From positions 608,001-672,000 of the forward strand of contig CAWBNQ010000001.1 in the NCBI GenBank assembly GCA_963790205.1: 64,000 bases of DNA, given 5' to 3'. This document shows, one piece after another, positions 30,748 to 40,628 of this stretch; positions within the stretch are counted from its first letter, which is position 1; each line of letters opens with the position of its first letter. Under the pieces are notes generated by a model. That model ran no database searches, had not been told where the DNA came from, and saw nothing but the letters and a program-made list of their open reading frames with translations. A program made the position numbers and the translations under genes. This DNA is from Nitrospirota bacterium. GTDB lineage: Bacteria; Nitrospirota; UBA9217.

Positions 30748-31800
30748 TTAATACTTCGTAGCAGTGTAAAAGATTATTGAACCTGATTTTACGCGGGTCA
30801 TTGATAATGCGCTGCCGGGGATTTCTGCTTGATGGAGCAACCTTTCAAAATCCTCCTGCGTACGCTGCAGAAAGCCGTCCCAGTCGGCGAGCCAGTGGTA
30901 GCCTTGCGACCGGTAACGGGTCGCGTCCTTAAAAGCCGCTATGAGCTTTCCCCCCGGGTTGAGCATCAGATAGAGGGAGTTGAGCACTTTGGCGAGAAAA
31001 TCATCGGCCAGGTAATCGAAATATCCAACGCTGTAAATGATATCTTGCATGCCGAATGCAGACACCGCGGTCTCGTAGTCGAACATTCTGAGAGCATTGT
31101 ATTGGATAAATTCGGCCCGATCTGACGAAAGGCCCGCATAGGACAAACGATCGAGTGCGAAATCGAGTGCTTCAGGGTCTAAATCGATACATTTGATGTG
31201 GGCGCCGGTTTTTTCAATTTCCGGGACTATTTCATGCACCTCACGGCATGAGCCGCAGGCGATATCGAGGACCTTCGGATGTTGTCTGTTGATGAGCTCT
31301 GTTTTCAGCAGCTCAGCCAGTTTTTGCATTCTTTCTCGCACCCCTACGGCAAGGGTTGTAGAAAGCATATATTTATCGAGATGATATCCTATCCCTTCCG
31401 ACATCGGCGTATTTCTATATAGGAATTCTATTGTTTTGTAATCTCCCTGGTATCCTTGGGGCCATGTCCGGGCCCGGTTTGCACCGTAGCTTTTTGAGAA
31501 AATAGGGTCCGTCTTATCACGAAAGGCGACCCGTGCGGCTTTGATTGCCGCCTCGTTGTTCACCAAATTCTCAAATTGTTCGCAAACCTGGAGCATCGAG
31601 TCGTTCAGGACGGACAGTTCCTGAAAGATGCTTTCGGCGTCTCCCTCCTGTTTTATGCACCTCCGCTCAATAGCTTTGAGCGAGTCCATATACTGATCGG
31701 TTGTTGCTTCAAGATAGCTGATATATTTTTCGCTCTCCTCGCTGACAAGCAATGTTTTTTCGTTGATCGTTTCATCTTCGTAACTCCATGAATTTTGCAT
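30748..31800 (-). CDS. Class I SAM-dependent methyltransferase, PhcB-like
   Basis: GGAGG SD; WPQGYQGDY, VLDIACGS, IDLDPEAL, YSVGYFDYL, LNPGG. Confidence 0.8.
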   Translation of the reverse strand: MQNSWSYEDETINEKTLLVSEESEKYISYLEATTDQYMDSLKAIERRCIKQEGDAESIFQELSVLNDSMLQVCEQFENLVNNEAAIKAARVAFRDKTDPIFSKSYGANRARTWPQGYQGDYKTIEFLYRNTPMSEGIGYHLDKYMLSTTLAVGVRERMQKLAELLKTELINRQHPKVLDIACGSCREVHEIVPEIEKTGAHIKCIDLDPEALDFALDRLSYAGLSSDRAEFIQYNALRMFDYETAVSAFGMQDIIYSVGYFDYLADDFLAKVLNSLYLMLNPGGKLIAAFKDATRYRSQGYHWLADWDGFLQRTQEDFERLLHQAEIPGSALSMTRVKSGSIIFYTATKY

Positions 31801-32254
31801 GTTCACCTCCCGAGTAATTTTTTTCGGTACCGTGTAAACCGCCCCTGGCAGGCTCAAAAACTTCCAATCCCCCAGTGTAGACAGACTTCAACAGAACAAT
31901 CACCCCTTTCCCATGAGGAGCTGTGTTCAATTACGTTTTCATTTCCTGCCGGTTGCGCTATGAAAATAACCGCCGTGCTGCGATAAAAGGGTTCTATTTT
32001 TTAATACGGAAATATTACTTATTTAGTCAATACTCTAAACCATCCGTATTGTTCTGTCAATATATTTAACAAAAAAATTGTGTAACAAAAGCAGTTATCT
32101 ATTGTTTTTGCACGCAATATTGACGCGAAAATGTGTTAAAACTTTTTTGGAGACGTTTTTGTTGCTGATTTCTGAATGTACCCGAGAGAGGGTTGCATCA
32201 GGCTTGCGGGGGGCAGCAGACGGCAAATTTCCTCGCCCGTTGAGAGAGGCACTT

Positions 32255-32836
32255 TCACTTCCTCTTATACAGCCCGACCAACTCCGTTTGCGCGACAATA
32301 TGCCCCTTCATTGCACGCTCCAGTGCCGCCTTGGTCGTGTCCGGTCCGATATTCAGGGTAGTGTCGAGGACATGCAACTTGAAGAAATAATGGTGGGTAC
32401 CCGACGGAGGGCAGGGACCTCCATAGTCATGCTTTCTGAAGTCATTCATGCCCTGCTGAGCGGAAGAAGGGACAGATCCTTCTCTGATCTCCGCCGTTTT
32501 CGGATCAATGTTCCAGAGGACCCAGTGGACCCAGGTGCCTGCCGGGGCGTCAGGATCGTCCATAATCAGCGCAAGTGATTTGGCTTCAGGCGGAATGTTT
32601 TCTATGACAAGGGGAGGATTCACATCCGTGCCGTCGCAAGTATATTTTGTCGGTATCATCTGGTTATGCTTGAATGCAGGACTTGACAGTTTGAGCGTTC
32701 CCATACCGGTCACCCCCGTACTCATGAATTGTGAAGCGAAAATAAGTGCGGCGCATATGACAATTCCCCTACGGGCCTTGTTTTGCGACAACGATATCGT
32801 CCGAAGGCCGTTTTTTAAGGCATACCTCATCGCCAT
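32255..32836 (-). CDS. YbhB/YbcL (PEBP/RKIP-like) protein, probably exported
   Basis: KYTCDG, DDPDAP, WVHWVLWNI, YGGPCPPSGTHHY; hydrophobic N-terminal segment. Confidence 0.9.
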   Translation of the reverse strand: MAMRYALKNGLRTISLSQNKARRGIVICAALIFASQFMSTGVTGMGTLKLSSPAFKHNQMIPTKYTCDGTDVNPPLVIENIPPEAKSLALIMDDPDAPAGTWVHWVLWNIDPKTAEIREGSVPSSAQQGMNDFRKHDYGGPCPPSGTHHYFFKLHVLDTTLNIGPDTTKAALERAMKGHIVAQTELVGLYKRK

Positions 32837-32941
32837 GCCCTAATGATAGCACAGGCAGTAGGGAAGGTTTCTAGAACAGGTACAATTTTTTTACGGGGCA
32901 GAATTACGAAGGAGAGCGAGAGCCGGAGCTTCCCGGGCGCT

Positions 32942-33871
32942 TCAGAGCTGTTCAATGATCGCGGCCGCGAGAAGGGGGAACATGATCTCGTGATGGCCGG
33001 TGATGGCATAGCCCCTGCCACCGCCCTGCGTGGGACGTCGTACCACGTTCGTGTTCGGCCGATAGTGCTGGACGAAGTCCATGTTCACCGTTGTGAAGTG
33101 CTGCAAGGGCTTGCCGAGGTTCCTGCAGAGGGTAACCGCTTTCAGGAAGATTTCGGGAAGAAGCACGGCGGACCCGAGGTTGATGTACACGCCGCCCTCA
33201 AGTTCCGATACGAGCGAGCAAAAGGTAAGGAAATCGCTCTGCGCAGCCGCTCCCGTGGCCTTGCCGTCGAAAGAGGGATGCATATGAATGATGTCCGTCC
33301 CGATCGCGACATGGACCGTCACCGGGACCCCCGTGCGGGATCCCGCGGCAAGCAGGCTCTTGTCCTTATGCGGGAAATCGCCCGCCTGTACCATTCTGCC
33401 GACAGCGGCGCCGATGCCTTCGCCGGCCGCCGCGGAGTTAATCGCCTCATTCAGCATGCTGCCCGTTTCCTCGGCCATGCCGAAGGCGCCCGAGAGAATT
33501 TCCTTGTCCACGTCTTCCGAAGTCCGGCCGATGAAGGCGAGCTCGAAATCGTGGATGATCCCTGCGCCGTTGAGGGCGAGGCTTGTGATAACGCCCCGCT
33601 CCATCAGATCGATGATGACGGGGTTCAGCCCTACTTTGATGGAGTGGGCGCCCATCCCGAGCATGACCGGCCGCCGGTCTTTCCGCGCCTGGACCACTGC
33701 GGCGGCGACTTCTTTCAGGCTTTTAGAAGCGAGGATATCCGGGAGTGATGAAAAAAAATCCCTGAACGCGCCACCCTTTGGGTGTGGTTTCGCAAAATCA
33801 TTGATCCGGACCTTGCTCTCCCTGCTTTTGAGCGAGTAGGTTTTTATCTTTGATGTATCGATCTTCTTCAT
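32942..33871 (-). CDS. Deoxyhypusine-synthase-like conserved protein
   Basis: GMGAHSIKVG, NGAGIIHDFE, VHVAIGTDIIHMH, LGSAVLLPEIFLK, GHHEIMFPL; operonic with gmhA. Confidence 0.7.
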   Translation of the reverse strand: MKKIDTSKIKTYSLKSRESKVRINDFAKPHPKGGAFRDFFSSLPDILASKSLKEVAAAVVQARKDRRPVMLGMGAHSIKVGLNPVIIDLMERGVITSLALNGAGIIHDFELAFIGRTSEDVDKEILSGAFGMAEETGSMLNEAINSAAAGEGIGAAVGRMVQAGDFPHKDKSLLAAGSRTGVPVTVHVAIGTDIIHMHPSFDGKATGAAAQSDFLTFCSLVSELEGGVYINLGSAVLLPEIFLKAVTLCRNLGKPLQHFTTVNMDFVQHYRPNTNVVRRPTQGGGRGYAITGHHEIMFPLLAAAIIEQL

Positions 33872-33878
33872 AGCGGCA

Positions 33879-34457
33879 TCAGCGGGAGTTGCCGAACAGT
33901 TCTTCATCCACCATCTGGCAGATGGTATGGCCGAGCGTGATATGGGTTTCCTGGATGCGCGGCGTCTGCCTCGTGGAGACAATGAAGGTGTAGTCCGCCA
34001 TGTTCGCGAGCTTGCCGCCCGTGCCCCCCGTCAGAATAACGGTCTTGAGGCCGTTCTTTTTCGCAACCTCGACGGCTTTAATGACATTTGCGGAGTTGCC
34101 GCTCGTGCTGATGCCGATCGCCACGTCGCCCTCGTGGCCCAGGGCGGCAAGCTGCTTCGAAAAGACCTGCGAATAATCGTAGTCATTGCTGATGCTCGTG
34201 AGCACGGCAACATCGGTATTCAAAGCAATCGCCGGGAGGGGCGGACGCTCCATGAGAAAGCGGTTTACGAATTCCGCAGCGATGTGCGAAGCGTCGGTGG
34301 CGCTTCCGCCGTTGCCGAAGAGAAGGACCTTTTTGCCTTCGCGAAACGCCTGCGCGATCAGCTGTACCACCTCAACGATCTTCTCGGCGTTTTCCCTGGC
34401 AAACCTGACTTTTACCTGTGCGCTGTCCTCGAATATCTTGATAATCGTATTTTTCAT
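33879..34457 (-). CDS. gmhA: D-sedoheptulose 7-phosphate isomerase
   Basis: GNGGSATDASHIAAEF, SNDY, ISTSGNS, RIQETH. Confidence 0.94.
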   Translation of the reverse strand: MKNTIIKIFEDSAQVKVRFARENAEKIVEVVQLIAQAFREGKKVLLFGNGGSATDASHIAAEFVNRFLMERPPLPAIALNTDVAVLTSISNDYDYSQVFSKQLAALGHEGDVAIGISTSGNSANVIKAVEVAKKNGLKTVILTGGTGGKLANMADYTFIVSTRQTPRIQETHITLGHTICQMVDEELFGNSR

Positions 34458-34485
34458 ATCCTACTCTGCTTTTGAGACGATGATT

Positions 34486-34513
34486 ATTATAGGATAAGAA
34501 GGCTAAATGTCAA
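34486..34513 (-). promoter_or_regulatory. Consensus sigma70 promoter for gmhA
   Basis: TTGACA-N16-TATAAT on the minus strand. Confidence 0.75.
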
Positions 34514-34784
34514 GGCAAAAAGGGTATTGCAAAATAAGCCACAAGGCGCCAAGACACAAAACAACAGGGGGTTTAGGTCGAGAAAACTGATTAACCACAG
34601 AGGGCCGCGGATGGTAAAATCTTTAAGCCGTAGAATTATTCGTTGGCTTTATCCGCGCAAATTCCGCGTGGAGCAGTGGCTGAAAGATGGGATTTTCTTT
34701 TTTCTGTGATCAACGCGGTACAGCACTGCATGCCCGCAGTGTATCGGCGTTTTTGTTGTGCATTCACCTTTCGGCAGGTTTGCG

Positions 34785-35594
34785 TCAGGAGCCCAAAAAG
34801 TCAGCCAGCCGTCCGAACTCTTCAACCGATAACGTTTCCGCCCGGCGGCCGAGGTCAATACCCGTTTCGCTCAGAACCAGCTTCGTCTTTTCTCCGGGTA
34901 CCTCGAGCTGTTTGAGAGCGTTTTTAAGCGTCTTCCGGCGCTGGGAAAAAGCGGCCTTGACGACACGCATAAAAAAATTTTCATCTACGAGCGAAACAGC
35001 GGGATGCTTGCGGATCACAAGAGTGATAACCGCGGAATCCACCTCCGGCTGCGGCGTGAAGGCTTCCGGCGGCACCAGGAACTCGATCCTCGGCTCGGCA
35101 TACAGCTGCACAAGCACGGAGAGATATCCATAATCCTTGTTGCCCGGCGGTGAAGCGATCCGGACCGCGACTTCCTTCTGGAGCATGAGGGTAAGGCTGA
35201 CGAACTTATCGCGATGGGCAATGAGCTTTTGCACGATAGGCGTGGAAATATAATAGGGCAGGTTGGCAACGACCTTCCATCTGCCGGGCAGAGACCCATA
35301 GGCATACTCGAGCGCATCGGCATGAAGGATCTCGATATTCTGAACAGCGCCGAATTCCCGCTGCAAAAGCGGAATAAGCCGTTCATCGAGCTCGAGGGCA
35401 AGAACTTTTTTTGCCCGCTTTACCAGAACGCCGGTAAGGTGCCCAAGCCCCGGACCGATCTCGAGCACCCGGTCCTCGGGCCCCGCCTGCGCCGCGTCAG
35501 CGATCTTCTTAAGGTAGTGAGGGTCCCTGAGAAAATTCTGGCCCAGCGATTTTTTTGCGCGGATGTTATTGTCCATATATTCAAGCTTTGCCAT
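34785..35594 (-). CDS. rsmA: 16S rRNA adenine dimethyltransferase RsmA/KsgA
   Basis: KKSLGQNFL, LEIGPGLG, ANLPYYIS, QKEVA, FSQRRKTL; start may be 35576. Confidence 0.95.
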   Translation of the reverse strand: MAKLEYMDNNIRAKKSLGQNFLRDPHYLKKIADAAQAGPEDRVLEIGPGLGHLTGVLVKRAKKVLALELDERLIPLLQREFGAVQNIEILHADALEYAYGSLPGRWKVVANLPYYISTPIVQKLIAHRDKFVSLTLMLQKEVAVRIASPPGNKDYGYLSVLVQLYAEPRIEFLVPPEAFTPQPEVDSAVITLVIRKHPAVSLVDENFFMRVVKAAFSQRRKTLKNALKQLEVPGEKTKLVLSETGIDLGRRAETLSVEEFGRLADFLGS

Positions 35595-35710
35595 GGATGA
35601 TCGAGAAGATCGAAGGCTAAGGCTGAGACCGGGAAGGAGAAGCCCTGACCTCAACCCTCACCATTCATTCTCGTCTATCCGCCTGTATCTGCGGCCAAAG
35701 AGTTCTGCCC

Positions 35711-36547
35711 CTATACCTGCATTCGCGGGTCGAGCTTGTCCCGCAAAAAATCGCCGAGGATGTTGAAGCTTATCACGGTAATGCTGATGGCGAGGCCGGG
35801 GACAAGCACCATCCAGGGGGCCGAGTTGATGTAGGCCCGGTTCTGGCTGATCATCGAGCCCCAGGTGGGGGTGGGCGGCTGCACCCCGAGACCGAGGAAG
35901 GAGAGGGCGGCTTCGAGCAGGATGAACCCGCCGACGCGCAGGCTGCCGGCAACGAGGAGGAGCGGAAGCGCGTTCGGCAGAATATGTTTGTTCAGTATTC
36001 GTGAAGAAGTGGCCCCGAGGGCCCGCGACGCTTCCACGTAGGTCTGCTCCTTGAGAGAAAGCGTGATGCCGCGCACGAGCCGCGCAAATCCCGCCCAACC
36101 CACCAGCGTAATCGCGAGCATGGCCGACGCGAGCCCGGCCGGCATGACCGCGCCGATACCGATCGCCAAAAGCAGGCTCGGGAAGGCGAGGAAGACGTCG
36201 AAGACCTGTGAGAGGACGGTGTCCGTCGTGCCGCCGAAGTAGCCCGCAAGCAGTCCGAAAAAAACGCCGATTGCAAGAGACAGCGCCGAGGCAATGATCC
36301 CGACGGAAAGAGATATGCGCGCACCGGAGATGACGCGCGAAAGAATGTCCCTGCCCTTGCTGTCCGTGCCGAGAAGGTGCACCCTGCCCGGGGGCTGTCT
36401 CAGGCTGTCGAGATCCATAGCATTGGGTTTATAGGGAACAAGAAAGGGCCCGAAAAGAGCCGTCAACACGAGAAAGACGAGCACAACGGCAGCGATGAGC
36501 GCAGGCGTGTTGCCCGTCAGGTCTTTGAGCGACAGAGAGTCAAACAT
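35711..36547 (-). CDS. dppC: Peptide/nickel ABC transporter permease (DppC/OppC)
   Basis: LGTDSKGRDILSR, YVEASRALGA, HILPN, EAALSFLGLG, WGSMI. Confidence 0.9.
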   Translation of the reverse strand: MFDSLSLKDLTGNTPALIAAVVLVFLVLTALFGPFLVPYKPNAMDLDSLRQPPGRVHLLGTDSKGRDILSRVISGARISLSVGIIASALSLAIGVFFGLLAGYFGGTTDTVLSQVFDVFLAFPSLLLAIGIGAVMPAGLASAMLAITLVGWAGFARLVRGITLSLKEQTYVEASRALGATSSRILNKHILPNALPLLLVAGSLRVGGFILLEAALSFLGLGVQPPTPTWGSMISQNRAYINSAPWMVLVPGLAISITVISFNILGDFLRDKLDPRMQV

Positions 36548-36626
36548 GCGTATGGTGTAACATATCGAGGTTATTTGAGCAAGAAAAAAAAGGGGCGTAC
36601 GCGCGCGAGCGAACGGCGCGTAAAAA

Positions 36627-38870
36627 TCAGTCGTCTAAAACAGCTCTGACCTTGTGAAGCAGATCGTTCGCCGACATGGGCTTTTGGATGAGGCTGATGC
36701 CGCTTCCGATCATCCCCTTGGTATGAAGATAGTCCTCAGCGTACCCGCTGGTGAACAGGATTTTTATATCAGGCTTGAACCGCCTGACCTCCTCAATCAC
36801 GGCTCTGGCGTTCTTTTTCGGCATGACAACATCAAGAATGAGGAGCCCGATACCGTCTTTCGCTTTCATAAACCGATCAACGGCCTCCTCACCGTCCGTC
36901 GCTACAATAACCGTATAGCCGGCCTCCTCGAGTCCGGATCGCGTGAGTTCCCGTACGATTTCGTTGTCCTCGGCGAGCAGCACCGTTTCCTTGCCGCCTG
37001 CCGGGATGATGACCTGCTCCTCCGGACGAGTCCGGTCGCCGGACTGCCGGCGCACCAACGGCAGGTAGATCTTGACCATTGTGCCGGCGCCCATCTCGCT
37101 GTAAACGTCAATAAGGCCCTCATGCTGCTGGATGATGCCGTAAACCATGGCGAGGCCGAGCCCGGTCCCTTTCCCGGCTTCCTTCGTGGTGAAGAACGGC
37201 TCGAAAATCTTTTCCTTCGTGGCGCCGTCCATGCCCGTTCCCGTGTCCGTCACGGTCATCAGCGCATAGGCCCCCGGCTTGCTCCAGGGATTTCTCTGCG
37301 CGAAGGCCTCGTCGAGCAGCGCCGTCCTTGTCGCGATGATAATGCACCCCCCGTCGGGCATCGCGTCCCTCGCGTTGGTTGCCAGGTTCAACAATACCTG
37401 CTCCATCTGTCCGCTGTCCGCCATGACAATAAGCGGCCCGTTGTGAAGCTCGGTCTTTAGTTCCACGTCTTCGCCGACCAGCCGCAGCAGGGTTTTCTCC
37501 GCGGTGATGACGATCTCGTTCAGGTCCACTGCCACGGGGTCGATGGCCCGCCTCTTGCTGAAGGTAAGAAGATTGCGGGTCATGTTCGCGGCCTGTTTCG
37601 AAGTGGCGACGATCCGGTCCGCGTACACTCGCAGGGGATCGTCTTTCTGCAGTTTCTTCTGGTATATGCCCGCATAACCGATGATCGCAGTCAGAAAATT
37701 GTTGAAATCGTGGGCGATGCCGCCGGCCAGCTGCCCCACCGCCTCCATCTTCTGAGACTGGAGAAGCTGTCGCTGGACCTTGTTCAGCTCCGAGGTGCGT
37801 TCCTCGACCGCCCGCTCAAGATTGCCGGTATATTGTGCGACGCCGTCCCGCCGCGTTTTCAGCTGCTTGCGCATGTTGTTGAAATGCCCGGCAAGGTCGG
37901 TCAGCTCGTCCCTTCCCGCTACAATGAGCTCATCGTCCAGCTCTCCCCGCGCGACCTTGCCGGTAAACAGGGTGATCTCGTTCAGCGGTTCAACAAGGGT
38001 CTTGATAAAAAGCTTTGCCATGATGAAAGAGAAAAAGCCTGCGAGACCGAGCATGCCGAACATGTAAAACCGGAGCTTGGCGGTGGAGGCATTCAGGACT
38101 TCATCGGAAAGGGCGACGACGATCATGCCGAGCGGTTCGCCGTTGATGCCGGTCAATGCCCGCTCGAGCACGGAATAAGTAACGCCATTTGCGCTCAGCT
38201 TTCCCTTCCGCGGTGAGTAGGGAGACGCCGCCGCCGTGGACTCTACACTGATCCTATTGCGGGTGTCTACCAGGAAGAGTTCGTTGCCGCTTATCTCTTT
38301 AAGCTCATTAAGGTAGGCCTCATCAACATACCTTCCGACTGCGATGTACCCCACCGTACCGTTCGTTACCCTGAGCGGGGACACGGCCACGATCTTGAGG
38401 ACATTGGAAGTCCCGCTGAATCCGTACATCACCTTCGTGGGAAGAACACCGCTGATGCCGGTTATGGTGTCCTCATTCCGGTCATTCGCGGCCACGCTGT
38501 CAAGGCTGAGCACTCTTCTGCCCCGGGAGTCGTATAAATCCAGGTCATTGATGCCGAGGGAAGTAGTCAGCGGCTTCAGCAATGCCCTAAGGGGCTCCCG
38601 GTCTCCTCCGAGCACCGTGGAGATATAAAGATATTCCTTCAAGGTCCTGTCGGTCTGGAAAAGATTTGCCAGCTTCATCATCTCTTTTCCGGTCATTCTC
38701 AGTCCGCTTTCCGTAAGCTGGGCCGTTCGCAAGAGCCGCTCCCGGTGCTCATCCTTGAGGCCCCTGGCCGAGACATTATAGATGATCAGCAGGCCGATCG
38801 CCATGAGCGCAAACAGGGGGACGAAGAGGGCCTGGACCTTCTTGCCGTATTTCAGCTTACGCATTGGCAT
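36627..38870 (-). CDS. Hybrid sensor histidine kinase (periplasmic Cache-like - HAMP - HisKA - HATPase - REC)
   Basis: Two TMs, HAMP, AHDFNNFL, NARDAM, GTGLGL, REC LDVVMP. Confidence 0.92.
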   Translation of the reverse strand: MPMRKLKYGKKVQALFVPLFALMAIGLLIIYNVSARGLKDEHRERLLRTAQLTESGLRMTGKEMMKLANLFQTDRTLKEYLYISTVLGGDREPLRALLKPLTTSLGINDLDLYDSRGRRVLSLDSVAANDRNEDTITGISGVLPTKVMYGFSGTSNVLKIVAVSPLRVTNGTVGYIAVGRYVDEAYLNELKEISGNELFLVDTRNRISVESTAAASPYSPRKGKLSANGVTYSVLERALTGINGEPLGMIVVALSDEVLNASTAKLRFYMFGMLGLAGFFSFIMAKLFIKTLVEPLNEITLFTGKVARGELDDELIVAGRDELTDLAGHFNNMRKQLKTRRDGVAQYTGNLERAVEERTSELNKVQRQLLQSQKMEAVGQLAGGIAHDFNNFLTAIIGYAGIYQKKLQKDDPLRVYADRIVATSKQAANMTRNLLTFSKRRAIDPVAVDLNEIVITAEKTLLRLVGEDVELKTELHNGPLIVMADSGQMEQVLLNLATNARDAMPDGGCIIIATRTALLDEAFAQRNPWSKPGAYALMTVTDTGTGMDGATKEKIFEPFFTTKEAGKGTGLGLAMVYGIIQQHEGLIDVYSEMGAGTMVKIYLPLVRRQSGDRTRPEEQVIIPAGGKETVLLAEDNEIVRELTRSGLEEAGYTVIVATDGEEAVDRFMKAKDGIGLLILDVVMPKKNARAVIEEVRRFKPDIKILFTSGYAEDYLHTKGMIGSGISLIQKPMSANDLLHKVRAVLDD

Positions 38871-38872
38871 GT

Positions 38873-39070
38873 TTACCGTATCGGGACCGCCCCGTATTTT
38901 TTCATGGTTTCCTTGACTTCCGGGCTCGGGCGTATGTAGTCGATGAACGTGACCACCTTGCCCTCGGCCTCGCCTTTTGTCGTGACGGCGAGAGGAGCAA
39001 ACAAAGGATACAGCCTTTTTTCCATTTTTTCACTGATGGGCAGATAACCGTCAAAGGCCGTCTTTCTCAT
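38873..39070 (-). pseudogene. C-terminal fragment of a PstS-like periplasmic binding protein
   Basis: YPLFAPLAVTTKGEAEGKVVTFIDYI…KKYGAVP resembles the C-terminus of PBP2 phosphate-type binders; no signal peptide or N-terminal part. Confidence 0.5.
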
Positions 39071-39438
39071 CTTTTCTTCCTATCGGGTGAATTCTGGAGT
39101 AGCGCTAACCCCGCAGCTGCTGCGGGGAGCTTCAATTGCCGGTAAAAAAAAGGAACACGATGGCAGTTACGTTCACTATCGGTCATGAGCAGACAATATT
39201 CGTTCCGCGAATCAATATTATCACTCAATACAAGTGTTTTGACAACGTAAAGTTTTAATTTGAGAAAGCTCGATCTTTAGTACCGGCCGCGCGCGGAAGG
39301 TTGTAGGTCCGTGAAATACATTCCTCGCGGGACAAGACGGGCATGCTGAGCGTTTTTGATCGTATGATGCAGCCACAGAGGAGAAAAAGAATGCGGTAAA
39401 AAAGCTGCGAGGACCGGGCGAGGTGCTGAAAAAGAGGA

Positions 39439-40374
39439 TCAGCCTTCCTTTCGTATTCTTACCCGCGGATCGATAAAATGATAAGAAATATCCACGAGAA
39501 GGTTGAGAGAGACAAAAACCACCGCCCCGAAGAGGACCACTCCCATGATCACGGGATAGTCGCGCTTCATGATGCCTTCGAGCGCGTAGCGGCCGAGACC
39601 GTCCCAGCCGAAGATGGTTTCCGTAAGCACGGCCCCGTTCAAATAGGAACCGAGGTCCAGGCCGATGAGCGTGATAACGGGGATGAGAGAGTTTTTAAGC
39701 GCATGCTTGAGCACTACTTCGCTTTCGGACAGGCCCTTGGCCCGCGCTGTTGCCACGTAAGGCTGCGAGAGCGACTCAAGCATGGATGAGCGCGTTACGC
39801 GGGCGATATAGGAAAGCGAGAAGGTCGCAAGCGTCGCTGCCGGCAGGATGATGTAGCTGAGGTCGCCGCTACCCATTCCCGACGGCGGGAGCCACCGGAG
39901 GTAGAAGGCAAATAAAAGCATAAGCGCAAGGCCGAGCCAGAAAACAGGCATGGAGATGCCGCCCACGGTAAGGAGCGTCACCAGCCGGTCCCAGCCCGTG
40001 CCGTGCTTCACCGCCGCAAACACGCCTAGGCCGATGCCGAGGATCGAGGCAAAGAACATGGCCGCGAGAGCGAGCTTGACGGTGTTCGGAAATTTTTGCA
40101 ACAGATCGTCGGATATCTTGCGGTTGGTAAAGAGTGAGCGGCCAAGCTCTCCCCGGGAAAGGCGCTTGAGATACAGGAGATACTGGATTGGCGCGGATTT
40201 ATCAATCCCGATTTCCGCGCGGATACGCGCCACGGTCTCGGGTGTGGCCCGTTCACCGACCATGTTTGCCACCGGGTCGCCGGGCAGCGATCGCATCAGA
40301 AAAAAAGTAATGAGCGTGATGCCGAGAAGAGTGGGGATAAAGAGAAGGACTCTTTTCAGAATGTAAAGCGCCAT
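39439..40374 (-). CDS. dppB: Peptide/nickel ABC transporter permease (DppB/OppB)
   Basis: LPGDPV, LGRSLFT, SMPVFW, TARAKGL, HALKNSLIP, ETIFGWDGLG, RDYPVI. Confidence 0.92.
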   Translation of the reverse strand: MALYILKRVLLFIPTLLGITLITFFLMRSLPGDPVANMVGERATPETVARIRAEIGIDKSAPIQYLLYLKRLSRGELGRSLFTNRKISDDLLQKFPNTVKLALAAMFFASILGIGLGVFAAVKHGTGWDRLVTLLTVGGISMPVFWLGLALMLLFAFYLRWLPPSGMGSGDLSYIILPAATLATFSLSYIARVTRSSMLESLSQPYVATARAKGLSESEVVLKHALKNSLIPVITLIGLDLGSYLNGAVLTETIFGWDGLGRYALEGIMKRDYPVIMGVVLFGAVVFVSLNLLVDISYHFIDPRVRIRKEG

Positions 40375-40628
40375 GATTGGGATAATCTTACACAATCGGC
40401 AATAAAACCGCAATGGGGAACATGAAGCAAGAACGCAGGCCGTCTTTCGTAATGTTGTGCGTCCAACGCTTCTTTACGTAAGCGGTCGCCCTGAACAAAG
40501 TGAAGGGTCTTGCGACGGTCAGGAAATGCGAGATTCCTCACCTGCTCAGAATGACCACCTGTGTAAAAAAATTCAGGACGCACTACGCTCGTAAGCCCGC
40601 ATCTCATATTTCGAAATCCGCATTAACA

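Noticed and set aside
32770..32840. Fluoride riboswitch-like GGCGATGAGG…GCC on the minus strand
   Set aside because: The downstream GCTGATG.CCTC pseudoknot partner is missing, and the sequence is the start of the ybcL coding region
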